Shown here: positions 25,074 through 35,068 of the stretch, one piece after another
Position numbering within the stretch: position 1 is the stretch's first letter
Layout: every line of letters begins with the position of its first letter
Source of the DNA: Paracoccaceae bacterium
GTDB lineage: Bacteria; Pseudomonadota; Alphaproteobacteria; Rhodobacterales; Rhodobacteraceae
Assembly: GCA_013373325.1 (NCBI GenBank)
Contig: JABXIA010000057.1
Span: 5,896 to 69,895, forward strand
DNA length: 64,000 bases
Direction of reading: 5' to 3'
Made by a program: the position numbers and the translations under genes
The notes under the pieces: generated by a model
Told to the model about the DNA's origin: nothing
Seen by the model: only the letters and a program-made list of their open reading frames with translations
Database searches by the model: none

Positions 25074-26657
25074 ATGTCCGACATCATCAGCCACTACGTG
25101 GAACGGGCGGTCAAAGGCTTCATGACCCGCCGCGAATTCATCGGCCGCCTCGGCGCGCTGGGGGTTGCCGCCGCCAGCGCCAACAGCCTGCTGGCCTCCG
25201 CCGCCAGGGCGGAAGGCCCGAAAAAGGGCGGGTTGATCCGGTCCGGCCTGCAGGGCGGGGCCAGCACTGACAGCCTGGACCCGGCACTGGCAGCCAGTTC
25301 GGTCGCCAACAACGTGCTGACCGCCTATGGCGATCTGCTGGTCGAAGTCAGCCCGCAGGGCGAAATCGTGCCGCGCCTGGCGGAAACAGTCGAAGCCAGC
25401 GCCGACGCCAAGACCTGGACCTTCAAGATCCGCCAAGGGGTGGAGTTCCACAACGGCAAGACGCTGACACCGGAGGACGTGCTGAAAACCATGCAGCGCC
25501 ACTCCAGCGAGGACAGCCAGTCCGGCGCCCTGGGCATTATGCGCGGCATCGAGTCGATGAAGGCGGACGGCGGTTACTTCAGTGTCACCCTGGACACACC
25601 GAATGCAGACCTGCCCTATCTGATGGCGGATTATCACCTCGTGGTGCAGCCTGACGGCGGCATGGACGCGCCCGCTGCGGGCATCGGCACAGGCCCCTAC
25701 ACGGCTGAGGTCAATGAACCCGGCGCCCGCCATGCCTTCAAGAAATTCGCGAACTACTGGGATGCGGACCGCGGCCACGCGGAGGAGATCGAAATCCTGG
25801 TGCTGAACGACGATACCGCCCGCACCGCCGCGCTGCAAAGCGGCCAGGTGCATTTCATCAACCGGGTATCGCCCAAGATCGCCGGCCTGCTGGGCCGCGC
25901 ACCCGGCCTGCGGATCGAGAGCATTTCGGGCCGCGGCCATTACTGCTTCCTCATGCATTGCGACACCGCGCCCTTTGCCAGCAACGACCTGCGGATGGCG
26001 CTGAAACTGGCGGTGGACCGGCAGGAGATGGTCGACAAGGTGCTGCGCGGCTATGGCAGCGTGGGCAACGACATGCCGATCAACGCCGCCTACCCGCTTT
26101 TCTCCGGCGATATCGAACAGCGCAGCTATGACCCGGATCAGGCCCGCCACTACTATCAGAAGTCCGGCCATGACGGCCCGGTTGTCCTGAAAGTATCCGA
26201 CAACGCTTTCCCCGGCGCGGTGGATGCCGCGGCGCTGTTCCAGCAGAGCGCGGCCAAGGCAGGCATCCCGCTGCAGATCGAGCGCGTGCCCAGCGACGGC
26301 TACTGGTCCGAGGTCTGGAACAAGGAACCCTTCTGCGCCTCCTACTGGGGCGGGCGCCCGGTGCAGGACCAGATGTTCTCCACCGCCTACAAATCCGACG
26401 CCGACTGGAACGACACCCGGTTCAAACGCGAGGATTTCGACGCGCTTCTGCTGCAGGCCAAGGGTGAGCTCGACACCGCCAAGCGCACCGCGCTCTACCG
26501 TGAGATGGGCCTTATGGTGCGCGACGAGGGCGGCGCCATCATCCCGATGTTCAACGACTTCATCGACGGCGTCAGCGAGCAGATCGGCGGCTGGGAGAAC
26601 GATCCGGGCGGCGGCATGATGTATGACGGCGCGCTGGTGAAAACCTGGCTGCTATGA
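25074..26657 (+). CDS. ABC-transporter solute-binding protein, family 5 (peptide/opine/nickel type), Tat signal
   Basis: A twin-arginine signal (MTRREFIGRLGALGVAAASANSLLASAARA) precedes a family-5-like body. The alternative start at 25122 would give MTRREF. No cognate permease or ATPase gene lies nearby. Confidence 0.85.
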   Translation: MSDIISHYVERAVKGFMTRREFIGRLGALGVAAASANSLLASAARAEGPKKGGLIRSGLQGGASTDSLDPALAASSVANNVLTAYGDLLVEVSPQGEIVPRLAETVEASADAKTWTFKIRQGVEFHNGKTLTPEDVLKTMQRHSSEDSQSGALGIMRGIESMKADGGYFSVTLDTPNADLPYLMADYHLVVQPDGGMDAPAAGIGTGPYTAEVNEPGARHAFKKFANYWDADRGHAEEIEILVLNDDTARTAALQSGQVHFINRVSPKIAGLLGRAPGLRIESISGRGHYCFLMHCDTAPFASNDLRMALKLAVDRQEMVDKVLRGYGSVGNDMPINAAYPLFSGDIEQRSYDPDQARHYYQKSGHDGPVVLKVSDNAFPGAVDAAALFQQSAAKAGIPLQIERVPSDGYWSEVWNKEPFCASYWGGRPVQDQMFSTAYKSDADWNDTRFKREDFDALLLQAKGELDTAKRTALYREMGLMVRDEGGAIIPMFNDFIDGVSEQIGGWENDPGGGMMYDGALVKTWLL

Positions 26658-26676
26658 GCTGATGTCCCGAAGACTG

Positions 26677-26710
26677 CGGCGGGCGCCCTTGGGCCGCCCG
26701 CCGTTTTTTT
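26677..26710 (+). terminator. rho-independent terminator after the SBP gene
   Basis: CGGCGGGCG...CGCCCGCCG forms a GC-rich stem followed by TTTTTTT (26704-26710). Confidence 0.7.
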
Positions 26711-26801
26711 AACGCTGCGGTCAAAGCCGCTGACCGGCCGGCGCCGGACACAGATCCTCGTCACCGAAGGGGGGCCAGGGATGACGTCATCCGCGCTCGC
26801 C

Positions 26802-29435
26802 CTATTCCGCAGCCTGCCGGAACGTGCGCCGCGCCAGCAGCTCTGCAATGTCCGGGCGGCAGGAGCCGCAGTTTGTGCCCGACTGCAACGCTGCGCCGAC
26901 CTCCTCAACGCTCACCAGCCCGCCGCTTTCGATGGCGTGCACAATCGTATTGGCTCCGACGCTGAAACACGCGCAGACCACCGGGCCGGGGTCGGGCCGG
27001 CCCGCTGCGGCAAAGCCGGTCAGGACATCCGGCGCGAAGCTGCCCGGCAGCCCTGCCAGGTAATCCCGGCGGACTGCCACCGGCTCAGGCGCGGTGAACA
27101 GGGCAGCCATGACCTTGCCCTCCTGAAACAAGGCGAGCCGGGCAATACCCCTGCGGCGGTCCGTCATCACCTGCACATCTGCCTCCGGCAGCGCGAACAG
27201 ATCCCGCGCAACCGACTCCAGGTCTGCAAGCGGGGCCAGCCCGGCCAGTTCCGCCCGGTATCCGGTGCCGGTGCGTGCCACGGCCCAGTACTCCGCCCGG
27301 GGGCGCATCGGCTGTGAAGAAACCGCAAAGCCGTACCAGGCGGGCTGCCAGCGTTCCGCCGCAACAACGGCAGCCTTGCTTTCGGGCTGGCCCGAGACCG
27401 GATCAACGGCACCAGCGACAAGGGTATCTATGCGCGCAGAAGGCGCGGTTTCGCCGGTCCAGTGGATCGGCACAAACAGGTCGCCGGGCTGCACGTCCGC
27501 AGTGATCCGGGCGCGCAGGATGGCCTGCCCGTGCGGGCTGCTGAGGCGCAGCAGATCCGCAGGCTGCACGCCCAGCCGCCGGGCGTCCTCCGGGTGGATG
27601 TCGGCAAAGGGTTCCGCCAGGTGGCCCGACAGGCGCGGCGCTTTGCCTGTGCGGGTCATCGTGTGCCACTGGTCGCGGATGCGGCCGGTGTTCAGGCGGA
27701 ACGGGTAGCGGCGATCTTGCGCAGCAGCCGGGGGGCGCCAGCGGACCGGCAGCATGCGGGCCTTGCCGTCCGGGTGAAAGAACTGCCCGTCCGCAAAGAA
27801 CCGGCCGCCCTGGCGGCTGCGGCTGACCGGCCAGCGCACCGGGGCCAGCCCATCATAACCTGCACCGGACAGGCAGCTGAGACCGGAGATATCGAAATCC
27901 AGCCCGAAACTGCCGGCCAGCCCGGACAAGGCCGCATGCTCGCGGAAGATCTGCGCCGGAGACTGGTAATCAAACGCCGCGCCCCAGCCCATGCGCCGGG
28001 CCGCATCGGCCAGAATGTCCCAGTCGGCGCGGGCCTCACCCGGCGGCGGCAGGGCGGCGCGCTGGCGGCTGATGGTGCGGTCCGAGTTGGTGACGGTGCC
28101 GTGTTTTTCCGCCCAGGCAGCGGCGGGCAGCAGCACATCCGCCAGCCGCGCGGTATCGGTTGCGGCGGTGATGTCGCTGACCACGGTGAACTCGCAGGCC
28201 TTGATCGCGGCCGATACAGTATCGGCCTCTGGCATGGTGACGGCGGGGTTGGTGTGGATGATCCACAGCGCCTTGAGCCGCCCGTCACCCGCGGCGCGGA
28301 ACAGGTCCACCGCCTTCAGGCCCGCGCGGTCAGGCATTGCGGGCGCCCCCCAGAACGCCTGCACCGCATCCCGGTGGCGGCTGTTTTCCAGATCCATGTG
28401 GCAGGCCAGCATATTGGCCAGCCCGCCGACCTCGCGCCCGCCCATGGCATTGGGCTGGCCGGTCACCGAGAACGGCCCGCAGCCCGGCTTGCCGATCCGG
28501 CCCGTGGCCAGATGGCAATTCAGGATGGCATTCACCTTGTCCGCACCGGAGGTGGACTGGTTCACCCCCTGGCTGAAGACCGTCACCACCTTTTCCGTGC
28601 GCATCCACAGATCGCAGAAAGCCTTGAGCTCTCCCTCAGACAACCCGGTCACAGACGCATCCTCCGCGGCGGCGGCGTCCAGCGCACCGCCCAGCCCCTC
28701 CACATGCTGCAGATAGTCCGCATCCAGCGCCCCGCCTTCGCGGAGCGCCGCCAGCAGCCGGTTGAACAGCGCCACATCGCTGCCCGCCCGCAGTTTCAGG
28801 TGCATGTCCGCCTGATCGCAGCTGGCGGTGCGGCGCGGGTCGATCACCACCAGTTTGGTGCCGCGCGCCTTCCGCGCCGCCAGGATGCGCTGATGCAGCA
28901 CCGGGTGGCACCAGGCCAGGTTGGAGCCTACCAGAACGATCAGTTCCGCCGCCTCCAGATCCTCATAGGTGCCGGGCACCGTGTCGGTGCCAAAGGCGCG
29001 CTTGTGCCCCGCCACGGCAGACGCCATACAAAGGCGCGAATTGGTGTCGATATTGGCGGAGCCGAGAAAGCCCTTCATCAGCTTGTTGGCGACATAATAA
29101 TCCTCGGTCAGCATCTGGCCCGACAGGTAAAAGCCGACGCTGTCCGGACCGTGCTGTTCCACCGCCTGACGGAACCTGGCGGCCACCAGATCGAGGGCGC
29201 TGTCCCAATCGGTTTCGCGGCCCTGCACCCGCGGCGCCAGCAGGCGGCCCTCCAGCCCCAGCGTCTCCCCCAGCGCCAGCCCCTTGGAGCAGAGGCGGCC
29301 GCGGTTGGCCGGGTGCTCCGGATCACCGCGCACCCCCAGACCGCCCTGCCCGTCCGGGCGCAGCAGCACGCCGCAGCCGGTGCCGCAATAGGGGCAGGTG
29401 GACCGGACCTCCTGGCAAGCCGTTCCCGCCATCAC
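26802..29435 (-). CDS. nasA: assimilatory nitrate reductase catalytic subunit with C-terminal BFD-like [2Fe-2S] domain
   Basis: An N-terminal CPYCGTGCGV Fe-S motif and a molybdopterin oxidoreductase body are followed by C-terminal CACFSVGANTIV...GTNCGSCRPDI. The start overlaps the nirD stop (ATGA). Confidence 0.9.
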   Translation of the reverse strand: MMAGTACQEVRSTCPYCGTGCGVLLRPDGQGGLGVRGDPEHPANRGRLCSKGLALGETLGLEGRLLAPRVQGRETDWDSALDLVAARFRQAVEQHGPDSVGFYLSGQMLTEDYYVANKLMKGFLGSANIDTNSRLCMASAVAGHKRAFGTDTVPGTYEDLEAAELIVLVGSNLAWCHPVLHQRILAARKARGTKLVVIDPRRTASCDQADMHLKLRAGSDVALFNRLLAALREGGALDADYLQHVEGLGGALDAAAAEDASVTGLSEGELKAFCDLWMRTEKVVTVFSQGVNQSTSGADKVNAILNCHLATGRIGKPGCGPFSVTGQPNAMGGREVGGLANMLACHMDLENSRHRDAVQAFWGAPAMPDRAGLKAVDLFRAAGDGRLKALWIIHTNPAVTMPEADTVSAAIKACEFTVVSDITAATDTARLADVLLPAAAWAEKHGTVTNSDRTISRQRAALPPPGEARADWDILADAARRMGWGAAFDYQSPAQIFREHAALSGLAGSFGLDFDISGLSCLSGAGYDGLAPVRWPVSRSRQGGRFFADGQFFHPDGKARMLPVRWRPPAAAQDRRYPFRLNTGRIRDQWHTMTRTGKAPRLSGHLAEPFADIHPEDARRLGVQPADLLRLSSPHGQAILRARITADVQPGDLFVPIHWTGETAPSARIDTLVAGAVDPVSGQPESKAAVVAAERWQPAWYGFAVSSQPMRPRAEYWAVARTGTGYRAELAGLAPLADLESVARDLFALPEADVQVMTDRRRGIARLALFQEGKVMAALFTAPEPVAVRRDYLAGLPGSFAPDVLTGFAAAGRPDPGPVVCACFSVGANTIVHAIESGGLVSVEEVGAALQSGTNCGSCRPDIAELLARRTFRQAAE

Positions 29436-29764
29436 GCCGCGCTCCGCTTGCCCACGGCGGCACCGTCGATCAGCAGGCGGCCGGCCTCCACGCGCAGCGG
29501 ATAGGTGCCGATCCGGCCCTCATCCGCGCCCTGCGCCGCACCGGTGTTCAGATCGAACACCCAGTTGTGCAGCGGACAGGTGACGCTTTGACCGTGCACG
29601 ATGCCCTCGGACAGCGGCCCGCCCTTGTGCGGGCAGCGGTCGTCGGCGGCAAAGACCTCTGCCGCGCCGGTGCGAAACAGGGCAACGCAGCCCGCCGGGG
29701 TTTTCACCACCCGCGCGCCATGCAGCGGGATGTCGTCGATATGGCCGATGTCGATCCAATTCAT
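29432..29764 (-). CDS. nirD: nitrite reductase small subunit (Rieske-like)
   Basis: The sequence contains MNWIDIGHIDDIP...CPHKGGPLSEG...CPLHNW. The start was trimmed to the ATG at 29764, which overlaps the nirB stop. Confidence 0.9.
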   Translation of the reverse strand: MNWIDIGHIDDIPLHGARVVKTPAGCVALFRTGAAEVFAADDRCPHKGGPLSEGIVHGQSVTCPLHNWVFDLNTGAAQGADEGRIGTYPLRVEAGRLLIDGAAVGKRSAA

Positions 29765-32202
29765 TCGGCGGCCTCCAGTGTGAGATTGGCAAGGGGCGCG
29801 TATTGCGCCCGTGTGGCACTGTCCTGCGCGTGCTCCGCCCAGGGGTCCTTGCGGTAGACGGACTGCGACAGCTGAAACCGCTCCGCCAGCGCCCTGCGGT
29901 TCTCGGCATCGTCGACGATCTGCGCCTTGACCCAGTCGAGCCCCACCCGGTCCAGCCATTTGTAGATCCGGTCCAGATACCGGGCGTTTTCGCGGTAGAT
30001 CTGGGTCATGGCCGAAATCACCTCGATCGCCTCCTCCTCTGTTGCGACCTTGCACAGCAGCTCGGTGCCCTTGATCTCCATCCCCGCGGCGCCGCCCACA
30101 TGGATTTCATAGCCGCTGTCGACGCAGACCACGCCGATGTCCTTGCAGGTTGCCTCGGCGCAATTGCGCGGGCAGCCGGAGACCGCCAGCTTCAGCTTGT
30201 GCGGCGTCCAGGAGCCCCACAGGTGTTTCTCCAGCTTGATGCCCAGCCCGGTGGAATCCTGGGTGCCAAAGCGGCAATGGTCGGTACCGACACAGGTTTT
30301 CACCGTGCGCAGCCCCTTGGAATAGGCATGGCCGGAAACCAGTCCGGCGCGGTTCAGGTCGGACCAGATCCCGGGCAGGTCCTCACCCCTGACGCCCAGC
30401 AGGTCGATGCGCTGGCCGCCGGTCACCTTGACCGTCGGAACCGCGAATTTGTCAGCGGCATCGGCAATCGCGCGCAGCTCATCCGGCGTAGTGATACCGC
30501 CCCACATCCGCGGCACCACCGAGAAGGTGCCGTCCTTCTGGATGTTGGCGTGCTTGCGCTCGTTCACAAAACGGCTTTGCGGATCATCCTTATATTCCAG
30601 CGGCCAGTCGGCCAGCAGGTAGTAGTTCAGCGCCGGGCGGCAGACATGGCAGCCGTTGGCGGTGGTCCAGCCCAGTTCCTGCCAGACCGCGGCCTGGCTT
30701 TTCAGCTCCTGAGACTTGATCAGGCGGCGCACGTCCTCGTGGGTGTGGCTGGTGCAGCCGCAGACGGGTAGTGCCTGAGGCGCCGCGTAGCCATCCCCCA
30801 GCGTCACCGCCAGCAGCTGATCCACCAGCCCGGTGCAGGTGCCGCAGGAGGCGCTGGCCTTGGTCGTGGCGCGGATCGCGCCAAGGTCTGTTGCGCCGGT
30901 TTCGATGGCGCGGGTGATCTGTCCCTTGCAAACGCCGTTGCAGCCGCAGATCTCCGCCTCAGGCGGCAAGGCTGCAAAGGCTGACAGAGGGTCCGCGGAG
31001 GCGCCCCCCTGAAAGGCCGGTCCGAAGATCAGCGTCCCGCGCATCTCCTCGATATCCGCGCCGTCCTTGATCAGACCGAAGAACCAGCTGCCATCAGCAG
31101 TGTCACCATACATCACCGCGCCGACCAGCCGGCCGTCCTCGATCACCAGCCGCTTGTAGATGCCGCGGGCCGGGTCGCGGAACACGATATCCTCACGCCC
31201 CTCGCCCTCGGCAAAATCCCCGGCGCTGAACAGGTCGCAGCCAGTGACCTTGAGCTTGGTCGCCAGTTCCTTGACCGCAAAGGCGTTGGGCTGATCCAGC
31301 AGGCTGTCCGCCAGCACCCTGGCCTGATCGTACAGCGGCGCCACCAGGCCGAACAGATGGCCATCGAACTCCACGCATTCCCCCACGGCATATATATCCG
31401 GGTCGGAGGTCTGCATCTGCGCGTTCACCTCGATACCGCGCGCCACATCCAGATGCGCGTCAGTGGCCAGTCGGGTTTCCGGGCGGATGCCCACCGCCAT
31501 CACCACCAGATCAGCCCCCAGCGTCTCGCCGCTCTCCAGCAGCACCGCTTGCGCCCGCTCTTCGCCCAGGATCGCCTTGGTGGAAGCCTGGGTTTTCACG
31601 GTGATGCCGCGCGCCTCCAGATCCTTGCGCAGGAGGTAGCCCGCGGCCTCATCCAGCTGGCGCTCCATCAGGTGGCCCGTCAGGTGCAGCACGGTCACAT
31701 CCATGCCGCGTTCCTTGAGACCTGCTGCCGCTTCCATGCCCAGCAGACCGCCGCCGATCACCACCGCCTTGCCGCCCTTGGCGGCAGCCTCGATCATCGC
31801 GTTGGTGTCGTCCAGGTCGCGGTAGGAGATCACCCCCGGCAGGTCGTGCCCCGGCACCGGGATGATGAAAGGGGCGGAGCCGGTGGCGATCACCAGCTTG
31901 TCATAAGGCACATGGCCGTTTTCGCCCTCGACCACCTTCATATCAGGGTCGATCTTCACCACATGCTCGCCGAACCGGCAGGTGATTCCGCGCTCCGCGT
32001 ACCAGTCGTCCGAATGGGTGACGATCTCCTCATAGGTCTTGTCGCCCGACAGCACCGGGCTCAGCATGATGCGGTTGTAATTGCCGCGCGGCTCGGCATT
32101 GAAAAGCGTGATGTCATATGCGCCGGGATCGGCATCGAGCAAATGCTCGATCACCCGGCCAGAGGCCATGCCGGCCCCGATGATGACGAGTTTCTGGGTC
32201 AT
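29761..32202 (-). CDS. nirB: NAD(P)H nitrite reductase large subunit
   Basis: The sequence contains KLVIIGAGMASGR (FAD/NAD), a BFD-like CGCNGVCKG motif, and the siroheme/4Fe-4S motifs CVGTDHCRFG and SGCPRNCAEA. The start was trimmed to 32202 (GGAG RBS, clear of the upstream stop). Confidence 0.92.
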   Translation of the reverse strand: MTQKLVIIGAGMASGRVIEHLLDADPGAYDITLFNAEPRGNYNRIMLSPVLSGDKTYEEIVTHSDDWYAERGITCRFGEHVVKIDPDMKVVEGENGHVPYDKLVIATGSAPFIIPVPGHDLPGVISYRDLDDTNAMIEAAAKGGKAVVIGGGLLGMEAAAGLKERGMDVTVLHLTGHLMERQLDEAAGYLLRKDLEARGITVKTQASTKAILGEERAQAVLLESGETLGADLVVMAVGIRPETRLATDAHLDVARGIEVNAQMQTSDPDIYAVGECVEFDGHLFGLVAPLYDQARVLADSLLDQPNAFAVKELATKLKVTGCDLFSAGDFAEGEGREDIVFRDPARGIYKRLVIEDGRLVGAVMYGDTADGSWFFGLIKDGADIEEMRGTLIFGPAFQGGASADPLSAFAALPPEAEICGCNGVCKGQITRAIETGATDLGAIRATTKASASCGTCTGLVDQLLAVTLGDGYAAPQALPVCGCTSHTHEDVRRLIKSQELKSQAAVWQELGWTTANGCHVCRPALNYYLLADWPLEYKDDPQSRFVNERKHANIQKDGTFSVVPRMWGGITTPDELRAIADAADKFAVPTVKVTGGQRIDLLGVRGEDLPGIWSDLNRAGLVSGHAYSKGLRTVKTCVGTDHCRFGTQDSTGLGIKLEKHLWGSWTPHKLKLAVSGCPRNCAEATCKDIGVVCVDSGYEIHVGGAAGMEIKGTELLCKVATEEEAIEVISAMTQIYRENARYLDRIYKWLDRVGLDWVKAQIVDDAENRRALAERFQLSQSVYRKDPWAEHAQDSATRAQYAPLANLTLEAAE

Positions 32203-32206
32203 GGTC

Positions 32207-33889
32207 TCACTCCGCTGCAATCTTGTCTGCGGCTGGTTTGGGGGCGGGTTTCGCCCCGTGTTCGTACTCCTCCAGGAAATCGAGCACCTCCTGCCGGTAG
32301 GTGTAGTAGTCCGGGTGCTCCAGCAGCGCCTTGCGGGTGCGGGGGCGCGGCAGGTCGACGTCGGTGATCTTGCCGATGGTGGCCTGCGGGCCGTTGGTCA
32401 TCATCACCACCCGGTCGGCCAGCAGGATCGCCTCATCGACATCGTGGGTGACGCAGATGGCGGTCACCTTGGTGCGGCTCCAGACCTCCATCAGCACCTC
32501 CTGCAGCTCCCAGCGGGTCAGGCTGTCAAGCATGCCAAAGGGTTCATCCAGCAGCAGGAGTTTCGGGGAGAGCGCAAAGGCGCGGGCGATGCCGACCCGC
32601 TGCTGCATGCCGTTCGACATCGCATGCGCTGGCTTGTCCATCGCATCCGCCAGGCCGACGCGCTCCAGGTAGTATTCGACCACGTCCTGCCGTTCCGCCT
32701 GGCTGGCCTTGGGATAAATCTTGTCGACCCCAATGGCGCAATTCTCCCGTGCGGTCAGCCAGGGAAACAGGTTGGGCGACTGGAACACCACCGCGCGCTC
32801 CGGGTCGGCACCCTCCACATGGCGGCGGTCCAGCTTGATCGCCCCCTTGGAGATCGGGTTCAGCCCCGCCGCCATGGTCAGCACCGTGGACTTGCCGCAG
32901 CCGGAATGGCCGATCAGCGAGATGAACTCGCCCTTGCTGATCTTGAGGTTGAAATCCTCGACCACCGTCAGCGGCCCCTTGGGGGTCGGATAGATCTTGT
33001 GCAGCTGCGAGAAATCCAGAAACCGCTCCTCGGTCATCGACTTCGCGGCCTCCGCCACAGCCGCCGGCAGCCCGTGGATCGGGGTCACGTCCGGCAGGGT
33101 CTTCGAGCCCTCGGCCCGCGCCTTGATGCCAACATCCATCAGGCAGGAGGTGACCGCCGCCCGCAGATGCTTGAAACTCTCGTCCGTGTTCATCGCGGAA
33201 CGGTCGCGCGGGCGGGAAAGGGCGACGGTGAACTCTTCCCCCAGGCTGCCGTCCGGGTTCAGGACGATGATGCGGTCGGCCAGCAGAATGGCCTCATCCA
33301 CGTCGTTGGTGATCAGCACGCAGGTCTTCTTGTCCGCCTCCCAGATGGCTTCGATTTCATCCGCCAGATTGGCCCGCGTCAGCGCATCCAGCGCCGACAG
33401 CGGCTCATCCAGCAGCAGCATCTCCGGGTCCATCGCCAGCGCCCGCGCCACGTTGACCCGCTGGCGCATCCCGCCAGACAGCTCTGCCGGGCGGCGCTGC
33501 GCAGCGTGGCTGAGGCCGACCATTTTCACATAGTGATCCACCTTTGCCTGTTTCTCTGCTTTGGGCAGGCCGGGAAACACGGTGTCCACCGCAAGGGCGA
33601 CATTGCCGTTCACCGTCAGCCACGGCATCAGCGAATAATTTTGGAAGATCACCCCGCGCTCCGGGCCGGGGCCGGTGATGGCTTTGCCCCGGCAGGTAAC
33701 CGACCCTTGCGACGGCTTCTCCAACCCCGCCATCAGGTTGATCAGGGTTGTCTTGCCGGTGCCGGAAAAGCCAAGCAGCACCAGGAACTCGCCCTCCTGC
33801 ACCTCCAGATTGATGCCGTTCAGAACCCGGGTGCGGCTGGTGCCCTCGCCAAAGCTCTTGGAGACATTTTTGAACTCAAGAATGCTCAT
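32207..33889 (-). CDS. nrtC: nitrate/nitrite ABC transporter ATPase, two fused ATP-binding cassettes
   Basis: One 560-aa chain carries two Walker A motifs (GFSGTGKTT and GHSGCGKST) and two signature motifs (LSGGMRQR and MSNGMQQR). Confidence 0.85.
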   Translation of the reverse strand: MSILEFKNVSKSFGEGTSRTRVLNGINLEVQEGEFLVLLGFSGTGKTTLINLMAGLEKPSQGSVTCRGKAITGPGPERGVIFQNYSLMPWLTVNGNVALAVDTVFPGLPKAEKQAKVDHYVKMVGLSHAAQRRPAELSGGMRQRVNVARALAMDPEMLLLDEPLSALDALTRANLADEIEAIWEADKKTCVLITNDVDEAILLADRIIVLNPDGSLGEEFTVALSRPRDRSAMNTDESFKHLRAAVTSCLMDVGIKARAEGSKTLPDVTPIHGLPAAVAEAAKSMTEERFLDFSQLHKIYPTPKGPLTVVEDFNLKISKGEFISLIGHSGCGKSTVLTMAAGLNPISKGAIKLDRRHVEGADPERAVVFQSPNLFPWLTARENCAIGVDKIYPKASQAERQDVVEYYLERVGLADAMDKPAHAMSNGMQQRVGIARAFALSPKLLLLDEPFGMLDSLTRWELQEVLMEVWSRTKVTAICVTHDVDEAILLADRVVMMTNGPQATIGKITDVDLPRPRTRKALLEHPDYYTYRQEVLDFLEEYEHGAKPAPKPAADKIAAE

Positions 33890-33895
33890 GACGGC

Positions 33896-34984
33896 TCACC
33901 GGTTGTTCGTGAAGGTAAACAGCGACTGCAGCGCGTACATCACCCGGTCCAGGAGGAAGCCGATGATACCGATGGTCAGCACCGCAACGATGATCCGGGC
34001 CAGCGACTGGCTGGAGCCGTTCTGGAACTCGTCCCAGACAAACTTGCCGAGGCCCGGGTTCTGCGCCAGCATCTCTGCCGCGATAAGCACCATCCAGCCG
34101 ACCCCCAGCGACAACCGCAGCCCGGTGAAGATCAGCGGCAGCGCCGAGGGCAGCACCAGCTTGGTGATCTTGGTCCAGGTGGTCATCTTCAGAACCTTGG
34201 AGACATTCACCAGGTCCTTGTCGATGGAGGCCACCCCCAGCGCGGTATTGATCAGCGCAGGCCACAGCGAACACAGGGTGACGGTGATGGCCGAAACCAG
34301 GAACGACTTCGCAAACAGCCCGTCGTTGCTGGCATAAAGCGCCGAGACCACCATGGTCACGATCGGCAGCCAGGCCAGCGGCGACACCGGCTTGAAGATC
34401 TGCACCAGCGGGTTGATGGCCGCGTTTGCAGTGGGCGACAGCCCGGCCAGGATGCCCAGCGGGATCGCCACGGCGGCGGCAATCAGGAACCCGAAAAACA
34501 CAGTCAGGATCGAGGTCCCGATCTGCTGGTAATAAGACGGCGCGCCGGTATAGGGGATATCCTTCACCCGCTCCGGCTGCCCGCGGTCGATGAACCGCTG
34601 GTTGCGGGCCTCCACCTTCTCGGAATGGGCACGCTCCTTGGCGGCCTTGGCCCGGGCATCCTGATGCAGGTTCACCGCCTCACTCCACACCGCCCCCGGG
34701 CCGGGGATCGCACCCAGCGAGGTCTGTACCTTCGGCGCCAGCACGGCCCACAGCATCAGGAAGGCGGCGATGGCGATGACGGGAACCGCCAGCAAGCGCC
34801 AGATTTCCTTGATCTGCGCCCTGGGATTGTCCCCGGCGGCGGCTTTCAGCACCGGGGTCACCCAGGCCAGGCCGAAGACCTGGAACCAGGCGTCCATCTT
34901 GCTGATGCGGGTGAACAGCCGGGCGCGGCGGGCCTCCTTCTGCTCACTGGCAGGGCTGAGAGTGTCGGGGTCGGCAATCGTCAT
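33896..34984 (-). CDS. nrtB: nitrate/nitrite ABC transporter permease
   Basis: Polytopic protein with a binding-protein-dependent permease core, located between nrtA and the ATPase gene. Confidence 0.9.
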   Translation of the reverse strand: MTIADPDTLSPASEQKEARRARLFTRISKMDAWFQVFGLAWVTPVLKAAAGDNPRAQIKEIWRLLAVPVIAIAAFLMLWAVLAPKVQTSLGAIPGPGAVWSEAVNLHQDARAKAAKERAHSEKVEARNQRFIDRGQPERVKDIPYTGAPSYYQQIGTSILTVFFGFLIAAAVAIPLGILAGLSPTANAAINPLVQIFKPVSPLAWLPIVTMVVSALYASNDGLFAKSFLVSAITVTLCSLWPALINTALGVASIDKDLVNVSKVLKMTTWTKITKLVLPSALPLIFTGLRLSLGVGWMVLIAAEMLAQNPGLGKFVWDEFQNGSSQSLARIIVAVLTIGIIGFLLDRVMYALQSLFTFTNNR

Positions 34985-35068
34985 GGTGTCGTCCTCTGGG
35001 AATTGCTGAGGGAGGGGAACGCCGCCCGCTCCTGCGGGCGCACCGCCCCCCTGCCCTCCTGTCCGGGG

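Noticed and set aside
24945-26171. 408-aa minus-strand ORF
   Set aside because: It is antisense to the Tat-signal family-5 SBP gene, which has a coherent signal peptide and domain. The antisense product is low complexity.
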